The notes beneath the pieces were generated by a model. That model was given only the letters and a program-made list of their open reading frames with translations, was not told the DNA's origin and did not search any database. A program made the translations under genes and the position numbers. Positions 53,050 through 64,000 of a stretch of DNA of 64,000 nucleotides are shown here, piece by piece. The DNA lies in assembly GCF_009914755.1 (NCBI RefSeq), contig NC_060930.1. One strand, written 5' to 3'. Each line of letters starts with the position of its first letter. Position 1 is the first letter of the stretch. The DNA comes from the human T2T-CHM13v2.0 reference genome, Homo sapiens.

Positions 53050-53270
53050 GGTATTACCTACTGAGCTCTTACTATGTGTAAGATACATATATCATTAATG
53101 CACTGAATCTTTCACTTAATAAAGTCTAATTGTGACATTTAACAGATAAATTTACTGATACCTAAAGAGGTTAAGCAATTTCCTGAAGGTTAGACAGCTA
53201 AATAGTGGGAAGCCAATACTCAAACTTCAAGATGTCTATTCTTGCCGGAGTGCTATTCTGCCTCCTGCTA
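53050..53270 (-). mobile_element. MIR
   Basis: tactgagctcttactatgtg..aaagaggttaagcaatttcctgaaggttagacagctaaatagtgg. Confidence 0.75.
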
Positions 53271-54169
53271 TATTTAATAAATTGTGTTTCATCATTAGAG
53301 TTCAGTTCAATTTATCCAGCATTACTGAGCCTCTAACAAGTGCCTGACACATGTTACCAAAAGAAACACAAAATATTCAGGGTAGTGAATCATTCATTAT
53401 GAAAATTCATTTCACAAATTTTGAAAATTACTTAAAAGTCTTAGTTTCTTGATAGAACATTTGAATTACCAAATATTTAAGCTTTTCAGAATTTAGAAAA
53501 CATCTATAGCTATTTTCTATAACTTCTGCCCAAAGATTGGCTTGCCACCATGTCTCTTGACTGGAATTTCATAAATTTCTAATTTGTATCACTTGTTTAT
53601 CGCCTTCAGTTGTTTGAACATTGTCTTATGGTACACCTCATGGCTTTTACATCATAAAACCTGTTAAGCCAAGGCCAAAGTCTATGGCTAGGGTGCCTTT
53701 GGATTTTGACACTATGTCTTTCATTTTCTCTAAGATAGTGACAAAACCTTCCATACTATAGGATTGTCTCAAGTTATAATATTTTGTATGATGTTCTGAA
53801 ACATTTCAGAAGGAGCATATGATACTTTTCATTATTTTTTAATAAGATAAACCTTTGTAGTAAAATACTTTAAAATTTTACAACCTTTCTTCCACAATTA
53901 TTTTCTTCATGAACAATTTTGAGGTCTAAATTTTATGGGTAACCTATTCCATCTGACTTACAGAAATGAGTTAGAAATTGTCCTGCTATTAGGCTGATAG
54001 GTGAGTGAAAACAGTGGAACAAAATATCAGGCAATAAAATATCATTTTTGTAGGCTGTAGCATTAAATCTTTGATAACTGAAAGTCAGCTAGTCAATGTC
54101 ACTAGAAATAATATTCCACAGGTATTTGAAATATATTATTGAGATATATGTCAGCCAGGGATGTATGTG

Positions 54170-54320
54170 TTAGAAACATAATGCAGTTGATTGTCCCAGG
54201 GTGGAAGAGAAATCAGCACCTGGGAAAATGGGTTGTGTGAAATTAGAAAAGTGGTCAGAAGCAACCTGAGTCAAGTCAAGTGAAGACAAGTCCTGGATGC
54301 ATATGGAATAAAATTGTGAA
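54170..54320 (+). mobile_element. Possible L3/CR1 RT fragment
   Basis: Translates KLEKWSEAT*VKSSEDKSWMHME, resembling CR1 'LE.W...N.MKFN.DKC..LHLG'. Confidence 0.4.
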
Positions 54321-54842
54321 AAGTGTTATCCTGTATGTCAACTCAGGTAAACTCAATACACCATTATCAAAGGAAGACCAAATATTTAAGCAGGATATTC
54401 AGCAAATATTTCATCAATACTCTTCAACCTGTTATCGAATACATTTTGCAGCAATACCGATGATTATTGATCTATTTTTAGGTTGCTTTAATGATGATGA
54501 CAAAACCTGTAGTGAGGGTAGGCAGGAGAAATGGGAATGGGAGACAACTTTTTGAATTAGCTAACAGAAGAACAGGAATGGCCTAGCAATTATTTTCTAA
54601 AATAAAAGTGTACATTAGTCTTAACTTGGCCTTGGTAATAATGATTATCAATGAAACAACTAACCCTGAAAGATTTCTGTAATGTTTGTGCATTTGCCAC
54701 ATGAATTTTTTATTAACAATAGATAATGTGGCATGACTGGCCTCTCCAGGACTTCAGGAGACAAGTTCTCTGCCAAATGTTTTTGCTCTTGTTTAAAGAT
54801 GTGGTAATTTTTTCTTCCTTCCCTTCTGGTATGTTTCACTAT

Positions 54843-54883
54843 TGTGTGTGTGCGTGTGTGTGTGTGTGTGCACATGCATGTGC
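54843..54883. repeat. (TG)n-based alternating purine-pyrimidine tract (~40 bp, Z-DNA-capable)
   Basis: tgtgtgtgtgcgtgtg...cacatgcatgtgc alternates without a break. Confidence 0.85.
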
Positions 54884-56689
54884 TGATGGAGAATTTATCA
54901 TGTATGTTATTTACATAGTTGGAGTTATTCATGTCATTTCTGGAACGCTTATCCAAAAAAAACCCACATTAGGCTATATTAATAAATGCAAATGTTTGCA
55001 TTCTCTTACAACACCTTGCGGGTGACATTTCATTTTGATAATGACAAAATGTTGGATATTATTTTTAAAATTTTTGGAAGTGATAGAGATTTCTACCTAG
55101 GCCATCCAGAAATGAGCTTGCATTTGTGACGATATTGATTGCACACCTCAGAGAGATTTGGAAATTCCATACTGTATACCCTAGGAAACACATAGTACTT
55201 GGTACTTTGAACACTTCTCATGAACTGATTATTCTAATCCAAAAGAATGCCCACTTTCAAATTATAAATGAGTTTACTTCTAAACATTAGCTTTTTGAAA
55301 CATGTAAAATGCAGCCAAGGATTATTTTTATTATTATTCATATTTAACTTGTTTTGGAATTGAATATACATAGCCACAAACAATAAAGAAAGCTTCCTTA
55401 CATAAATAACAATTTAAAAGATAAAAGGACATTTAAAATTTCGTAGATCAGAAACATTTCAAAATTTGTTTTACACAAAATTGCCTGAGAAAAGTCCACT
55501 TATAAGTTCCAAAGAATAAGTCCCAGAATGTAAATATATGATACCTATCCAAACATGACCCACTTCCATTTGCTTATTAAATATGAAGCCATTTCATTTT
55601 TTACAACCTCAAAATACCAATTTTGTGGAAATATTTTCCATATTTAACCTCACCTATACCTATTCAAGATTTAGTACCCAATATATAACTGGTACAGTAT
55701 TGAGGATTTTCTATTCATTGTTCCTTATGTTTCAAAAACCATACAAGAAAAATGCTCTCCCATCTAACTTTATGCCTTCCTGGAAGCAAGGATGTGATCG
55801 AAGAAACAGCTACTTATTTACCGGTAGTCTGAGGAAGGAAATGGAAGTACCAGCCAGACTTCACTTCAGTTTCCAACTGAATCAAATTTTCGTCTGATAA
55901 AGTAAGATCCATACTGAAATTCTACCAGCAAGGAAAAATAGGAGTGTGAATTTTTGGCATTCATCCTGTTTAAGTATGAATTTTGCTCCAAAAAATTAGA
56001 GTACAAGAAATTTTATATTACTCTTTTGAACATCACACTTAATCTGTTTTAGCTCTTGGTGTCCTGGCCCAAAGTGGGATCATGAAGAGATCCTGGTCTT
56101 ATCTGAGGTTGAATATACTAGGTAATGGGTGGGCTATAATCTAAGCCAAGATTTTCTTCTTTTCCTTTCTTTGCTTGCCCTAGTAGGGCAATCAGCTCTT
56201 GGCAGATTCAGGGATGCTCTTCCAACATCTCATGTATCCCACTCAGTCTAGCTCCTCTCCAGAGAGATCTGCTCCTCTCCAGCTCTGAGCAAGCCTTCCA
56301 GCTTCTAAAGGTGTAAACCTTCCAGAGTAATGCATCATCTAGGACTCTAGATGCAGGGAGTAAAACGATGTTCCAAAAGCTGAGGAAAAGGCCCTCAGCC
56401 TAAGACATTAATTTCTTTTCCAGTTGTTTTACTCCTACTTCTCGCGGTGAGGACGCTTTCTTCCATCAACAAAAACCAGGATGTGTTTTTTTTTTCTTTT
56501 CCCCTAGTTTTGAAAACCTTTGCTTTTGCTCTTAACATACACACGTTCTCAAAGAAAGTATTAATGGTTCAGGACATAGAATATAAAGCTGATCTACCTT
56601 ATTAGGATGGGGTAAAACAAAAAGACATACAGCAATGACACAAAGTGTATATTTGCTTGTTTCAGGTTATTGTCCTGGTAATATTCAAT

Positions 56690-56803
56690 GATTTGTTCAT
56701 TCACTAAACACTGAGAGATTATCTTCCACATGATGCTAAAAGCTAATGATTCAGTAGTGAACAAGACAGAATTTTCTCAGGACTTATCATCTAGAAGTAG
56801 ACT
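56690..56803 (-). mobile_element. L2 3' tail
   Basis: ttgttcattcactaaacac..gattcagtagtgaacaagacaga..ctcaggacttatcatctag. Confidence 0.55.
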
Positions 56804-59800
56804 TCTACAGCCTAGAAGATTGACAATTGCATAAATAACTCCTGTGTTCTGTGAGAGCATGTGGCACCTGCTTTGTACCTATTCTCAAGATGTAATTCCC
56901 AACCCTGAAAACTGAAAAGAAACAATAAGGAAATATATTTTATTTCGTCACTGTGTAAATTGTATATTTCCCTTCACCTTTTACCCCAACTATCGACTTT
57001 CAGCATTTGTAGAGAAAGTCACTTTAGGCCCCTTTTTCCTATTGATTCAACCCATCTCAACTAATTTTGCTACTGATTACATTAGAACTCAATGAAACGA
57101 TCTTTTCAAAACATAAATATAAGATTAGTTGAAATTCTGAGGGAGCAATTTTGATAGAGATGGCCAATTATTAGATTTCAGGTACTGTATATTATCATGT
57201 ACTTTTTACTTTCCAGTAATTTTATGACAGAAAACATATAGTCACTGAAGAAAAATTTTCTTACAAATTTTCTTCTTGTAATTTCTTTTAAACACTGTAA
57301 AAAAGATTAAACATAAGCAAATTGTTTTTAATTTAGCTTATTGGTGGTAATTAAGCTTTTTTCTAAAACTCCTTTAAACATCTTATGTAGATCATTTCTG
57401 CTCAGGGAAAGACTCCTGTAGCATCAGAAGAAATACTGTATTGCCAAGACATAGAATATGCAGTTTGTTTTTAGTCTTGAAACATAAAAATTGAAAATAT
57501 ATTTTAAATAAATCTCCTTGCTAATAATTCTTCTTTGCAATCATTGCTTATCTAATAGTGATAATTGAGAATTCTACATTTTATTTGCTGTAGGGTGCTT
57601 TAGGGCTACATTTCCTGTAACAGTGAAATCACCAACAAGCATTCAGAGAGCTCCTACTGGGTATAGCACCTCACTGAAGCTGAGGTTTGAAAAAGAATCA
57701 GACATTTTTCAATATGCTCAATTGATTAAAGAATAAGAGAGTTTATAAAGGTTTTAATGAATGAGAGAGGATTTACATTTAATTTTAGGTCAAACCGGAA
57801 AGATGACAATGAATGTGGTGATATTTTTGTTACTACTTTGGGAGAAAAACTCCTGACGGTGCTGATGTCCAATGAAATGAGACTGGGTTCTGGAAGAATT
57901 TGATAAGTAGGTAAGTGAGGTTCTGCAGGCTTAGATTACTGAGTTATTGAGTCAATGCTACTTCTTTATTAAGACTGCTAAAAGAGTGAGAGAATTTAGG
58001 CCAGTTCTTTCACATAAATGTCTTAGCTTGATAAAAAGTGAAATTATTGTTTTCAGCTTCATAAATTAGACACATTGAAGAGTTTCCTCCTCTAACTTTA
58101 CTGTGAGGAATGCAATGACAGATTCTGTGCTGTGTTTGCCTATGAGATGATTTCCATGAAGTCCCATAATGAGTTGTTTTTGGCAGGATTAATGAGCATT
58201 ATAATGGTAAATGGATGTTTGCAGCTCAGTTGTGTTCCATCACGGAGTAACATGGGGTTTCTGGTCCCTTGGAGGCCATAATTGGTGGCATTAATGCACT
58301 TTTTAATTATACTTCTTGAAAAAAAATGAATTGGAACCAAAACAAAAGCTAAGTGATCATCGCTCTGCTGTTTCACATGGTATAAACAGAAGACTGTTGC
58401 TATCTCTGATATCTATAATTGGAATCATATTCTCTAGACAGAACATATGCAGTATATTTTGATGATGATATTTGTTTAGAAACTGCTTATTTGCCTTTGT
58501 TTTTGCTCATTCTTGTATGCTGAAATAAACTTTTATTAGATGCATATATAAAACACACATATATAATACAGATCTATATTATACATGAATAAGAAATGCA
58601 CATGGTATTATAAGATTATACATATTATAAATGTAAGTGAAGGTAAACAGAAAATAGTAGGCTCGCCTCTAATATTTAGACCCCTTCATTTGTTTCCCGA
58701 TCCTCATTGTGAGTGTTGAGCAATATAAGTATACTTAATTCCTAAATCTCTATGAATGAACTAAATGGTAGTCATTTCTCTTTTTCTCTTTTTCTTTTCT
58801 CTTTTTCTTCTTTCACAGGTATCTGTGAAAATTACTAATAGTTACTGCTTCAGCATCTCATCTTTGCAGTATTATGTTTGTTTGTGGTCTGTAGTGGCAA
58901 ACCCAGTATTTATGTATAGAATAGTATTTGCAAAGTATACTATGGAGAGAAAAGATATCTCATAAAGTGATATAAATACATAAAGAGCAAAATAATTTGA
59001 ATTTTTTAAAATCTACACTATCAGCCACTTTTTCCTAATCTACTTATAAATTGCCACAACTGGATTGGTTGCAAGTATATTTCCTTCTAGCCACAATACA
59101 CCTATTCTTTAACTTTTCTATATTTTTAAATAAATCACAGGGTGAAATATTAGACTGTGGGTAACTGATCAGTTAAGGGGATATATGAGCAGTTGAGGTT
59201 AACTGATTATGTTACCACTTTCATACCAGTTCTTGCTGAAGCAAGTCACTAAGGAGCCTATTGCCTGTTTTTCCTAGTCTTTATTATAAAGATATCCTTG
59301 GTATCTGGGTTATCCTTGAATAATAGTACACGGGAGAGAAATGCATTTGGATCAGTGGCAAACAACTGTATCTGTGAAAAAAAATGTGCGAAAAACTAGA
59401 TGCTGTGGAATTGCTCCCACATTGACATCCGAGGTTTGGTGAGACTTACACAACCTCACATCTTAGAATTGACACCTTTTGTGAAAAGAAAGCTGCCTTT
59501 CTCAATGACATGTCTTTGACACTTACTATCTATGTCATTTTTACTCTTACCATCAGGTGAATTCTTCATTGATAGGCTCAAATGTCTGGTTTCAGGACTT
59601 TCTGCAGCCTTATAGCAGTTCCATTTTATCTTTGTAAGGAAACCAAATAAATAAATAAATAAATAAAAAGCAGACAAGTAGGCAAACAAAAAATTCCCTT
59701 TCTGGTATTTATAAATAGATATTTCAGAATTAGGTAGTGTGGAGCAGTCTACAATGGCTGCAGATTTTTAATATTGCCTACCAGAGAACGGGGGACCCAG

Positions 59801-60299
59801 CCCTGGTTTTATGCAGCTCCATTCTCCTTGTGTTCGTGATGATTGAGTGTGCTGAACTTGCTTTGTTTTTTCTTTAGAAGAGTGATGATAGTGATTAATT
59901 CAGTTGATGCATCATTGTCCCATCCCCACCACTTTAGTAGTTTCCACAAAATGTCTTAAAATAACTCAACAGCATTTATATATGTGAGAGTTCTGTGTGC
60001 TTTTGCATATTATCATTCTATCTATATCTGATGCTGATCTTGTCAGCCATGCCATCTAAAAATACTGAGGAAAAAAAGAGACCAAAATTCATATCAAAAT
60101 TGAATTTTTAAGTGGGTGTCTAACACCAGATATCTATGTGTCTATACATATAGATGGAGAGATATACACATATATACATATAAATATAATTTTAAAATTC
60201 ATCTAGAGTACATTAGCAGAGAATATTTTGTCCTCATTAACTTTTTGTGATTTTAAATGATTTCACATAAATTGCATAGCATAACCTCTCAGTTTCATA

Positions 60300-60545
60300 A
60301 TAACAATAACAATAAAAAATAATCATTGTTAAGTTCTCTTGAGTTTACTCTGTGCCAAGCACTTTGACATTAATTTTTTCCTCACATGGTCCTTTGGGGT
60401 AAATACTAGAATTTTTTTCAGGTTATGGATTAAAAAAAAAAAACAAAACACACACATCTGAAGTTTAGACAGTTTGTGTTACTTCCCTGAGGTTACACAT
60501 GCCTTAGCAGAGCAGGGACAAGAGCCAGCGCTCTGTGGCTCCAGT
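60300..60545 (-). mobile_element. MIR
   Basis: ttgagtttactctgtgccaagcacttt..acttccctgaggttacacatg..tgtggctccag. Confidence 0.65.
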
Positions 60546-60929
60546 CACACTATATGACTTCTAATACGCATAGTTCACTTAACCTCTAAAACGCCCATGG
60601 GAAGAGATAGAAATGATAGCAAAACAATAACAAACCCTTGGAGATATTTTTAGTAGCACTGTTCAGTTACAGAAAAGAAAGACACTAACAGGATCTTAAA
60701 AATTGTATTACTTAAATGGATCTTAGAGACTACCTAATACATAGAGTTCACTTTCCAAGTGAAGAAATAAATTCTTGAGTTGAAATGGGGTAAGAAGGCA
60801 GGACAAGGTTGTAGCCCTCCTTTTTATAGGCTCAGTTCACTAGTGCAGTCCTAGTAGGCCCAAACCCCATTCCTTATGTGGAGATTTGGATGATGTTCAT
60901 TTCTAAAGACCACTGTGTGTAGAGCAAGG

Positions 60930-61160
60930 TAGATGTTATGAACGTTAGACTTTGGAGCTGAGCAAATTTGAAGTCTAAATTTAGCTTTCCTATTTATTAG
61001 CTGCTTGGCTGTGAGTAAACTGATTCATATAGTTTGTGCTTCAGTTTATTTACGTTTAAAATCAAAAGATCGTTCCTCATAAGGATGTTGTAAAAGTTAA
61101 ATAATGCATTTGAAGCACTTAGCTAACAACAGTAAGCATTCAACTAAAGTTTACATTATT
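60930..61160 (+). mobile_element. MIR
   Basis: tagactttggagctgagc..tgtgcttcagttt..cctcataaggatgttgtaaaagttaaataatgcat..cagtaagcattcaa. Confidence 0.75.
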
Positions 61161-61161
61161 G

Positions 61162-61464
<303 letters not shown>

Positions 61465-61849
61465 AAAGTTTGCATTATTATTAAGCACAAGTGAAACCTT
61501 CCTTTGGGGTGGTTAGTACACAATAGTTATCATGGTTCAGCTACACCTTGTTTCTAAAGGATACTCTTAAACAGATGTTTGAAAATGAAGGTGAAATCAC
61601 TTCTGTCTCAACAAACATGATTATCCTACTACAAATAGTGAAGTTTTAAAGTTTAAATTTTGAGTTTTGTTAATATCAGTAGCGTGGTTCCCAAATGCCT
61701 CAATACCTTAATGAAGCCTGTGGCTGCTTTGTTGTCAGATGTCGCTTTTGGAAACATTTTAATTGATAGTGAATTTTGAAAAAATAGGAAACATATTTAC
61801 ACATAATTTATCATAGATGAATAAAGTCAAAGTCTTCTAAACAGAATTG

Positions 61850-62060
61850 ATAGGGATTTGAGTTTGAATTCCAGCTCTTCCACTTGTTTGGCCTCAGGCA
61901 AGTGCTTACTTGGACTGAATCACAGTTGCACCAGCTGTAAAAATGAAAAAATAACCTATGCCTTGCAGGAATGTTGTGACTATTAAAAATGATATATGCA
62001 AAGGGCCTAGGATAAGGCCTAGGACTTAGTAGGCATATAATAAATGATAGCTATTAATGT
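61850..62060 (+). mobile_element. MIR
   Basis: gtttgaattccagctcttccactt..ggcaagtgctta..ctgtaaaaatg..tagtaggcatataataaatgatagctatt. Confidence 0.8.
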
Positions 62061-63555
62061 TGTTAATATTTCTTGTCCAAGTCATGTGTAAATCTTTCAT
62101 AATAATGCTAATCTGTCACTCATAATTTCAATGTGCAAATAATATACCTATATCTTATAATTTAAATGTGTTATCCTAAAATTTTTAAAAATATAGTTGT
62201 AAAACACATATACTATTTGGTGAAATACAAAGATAATTGTTACATTTTAAATGTCATTATTTTGTAGACTAGCATTCAGTATTCATTGTGTTTTTGTAGA
62301 AAGAAGGGGAAATTATTTTCAAGGAAGTTAATTATTCTTTCTTTAAAAAATGTGTATACTTTTAACTTTTTACAGGTGAAATACAGGGTGCAGTTAAATG
62401 TACCTAGACAATTAATGACTGAAAAAATGAGCAAAATATTTTTAAATAAAGAAAATTTGTTTAATTGATAGAGGAATATTTTTAAAGTGAAGCTGTAAAG
62501 TTTTATTTATATTTATTCCTACTTAAAATATCTTAAAAGATTGATTTCCTTAGTGTTATATTCTCCGTTAAGTATATTTAATTTTAAAAGATCAAATTTT
62601 AGCATTATCCATTTACTCATAAAAGATTGGTTTATATATAACTTATAATCAAGAAATGCTTGAGAGAAAATGATATTCTATATTTTATTACACATTTAGA
62701 CTATGTGACTAGAAAAAAATATGTGCATTTCGGCTGATAACTTCAAATTAACTCCTGATATTGTATAGTAAATTTTAAAATAATGAATTTTAGAAGCTAA
62801 AATTTTATTTCCCTACAGCCTTTTAAAACATCAGATTTTAAGACATATGAACTTAAAATAGTAATTACATCATACTATTGGAAAGATCTAAGTGTAATGA
62901 ATATGACCATGGTTTTATATTTTAGTGGAAGAAGTTGCATACTGTTAAATCTCTGAATCTCTACATTAAAAAATATCACTAAGTAGTATTTTGAACATCA
63001 TGGGTCAAATATATTAAAATAAACCAATTGAATAATGTTTTTTCATTACATCTATTTGAAGTTCTCAAAAACCTTAAATTTTATATACCAGAATACATTT
63101 AAAAAGTAAAGCCTGAGTAGTTTTGAGGAATAATCTGAGATCAAAAGTAGAATTTTGTCTTGGGGCTTCATGTCCATGTTGGGAATATAAATGTTATATT
63201 GCAGTTTATAAGATATAGAACATGATCAAAGTTATTTTCCTGCTCTCCAAGGGAATGATGGCCTTGAGCATAAGGCCAAACACATCCTGCATAAAGGAAA
63301 CTTTTGAGTGAATGTTTGTTGAGTGAATATTGAATATGTTTGTACCTAATTGACTGTGAGTAGATGTTATTTTACTATATAAAAAATGAATTGAGTCAAT
63401 TTGGAACTTTTAGTTAACAATTATAGAAATTAAGATAATCTTTTGCTTGTGTTTATGTTTCCAAAATCAATATTCATATTCTGACAGGCTAGGTAAATTC
63501 TACATTATCCCTTTGGTTTTTGTAGCTATCTGATTTTTAAAGCCCTTTAAAAAAC

Positions 63556-63556
<1 letters not shown>

Positions 63557-63598
<42 letters not shown>

Positions 63599-63654
63599 CA
63601 TACATACATACATACATACATATACATACATACATACATACATACATACATACA
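63557..63654 (+). repeat. Compound tetranucleotide STR (TAGA)10(TACA)6TA(TACA)8
   Basis: Counted directly. Confidence 0.95.
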
Positions 63655-63894
63655 TGTATAGAGAGAGATAGGTAGATTTAATTGGTGTATTTTAGACCCT
63701 TGCTACCTTTGAAAAGACTTCTCTCTGAAGGATGAGGTCAGAATATATTTGCTAAAGAACCTGTGTGAAAAGTATTCTCAGAGATTATGCTTTGGGAATC
63801 TCAGTTCAAAATGGATGGGAAAAGGGTATAATAACCCACTTAAGATATTGTGTGTGAGCTTAAGGCTATTTTCTAGATATTGTATCCATGACTG

Positions 63895-64000
63895 TGATAT
63901 GTTTTGGCTGTGTCCCCACCCAAATCTCATCTTGAATTGTGTTCCCATAATTCCACATGTCGTGGGAGGGACCCAGTAGGAGGTAATTTAATCATAGGGG
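63895..64000 (+). mobile_element. THE1 (THE1B/C-like) MaLR LTR 5' end, runs off the window
   Basis: tgatatgttttggctgtgtccccacccaaatctcatcttgaattgt. Confidence 0.93.

Overview
AT-rich primate (human-like) genomic DNA. It contains no supportable multi-exon protein-coding gene, no RNA gene, no CpG island and nothing prokaryotic. Most ORFs in the track are chance, low-complexity or repeat-derived. Much of the window is recognisable interspersed repeats: Alu/FLAM, L1 of several ages, L2, MIR, ERV1/ERVL/MaLR solo LTRs, and the hAT transposons Charlie1a and MER5A, several with intact target-site duplications (TSDs). Long L1s and the ERV1 LTRs lie mostly on the - strand, which suggests the window is inside a long intron of a + strand gene that I cannot identify. 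The best novel signal is a transposon-free, CpG-retaining block at ~45.5-46.5 kb. It holds a frame-preserving 36-nt (or 24-nt) candidate cassette exon with a neural-microexon-like acceptor, four + strand TGCATG (RBFOX) motifs downstream, and a second candidate exon ending in a GTAAGT donor. Other notable items are an ancient L2-clade reverse-transcriptase relic at ~24.7-25.35 kb that still translates recognisably, a TEAD/ETS/AP-1-like motif cluster at ~26 kb, twin hairpins at 30.0 kb, palindrome clusters, and further orphan splice signals at 57.8-58.8 kb. Repeat subfamily names come from memory of consensus sequences, and boundaries of old repeats are approximate.
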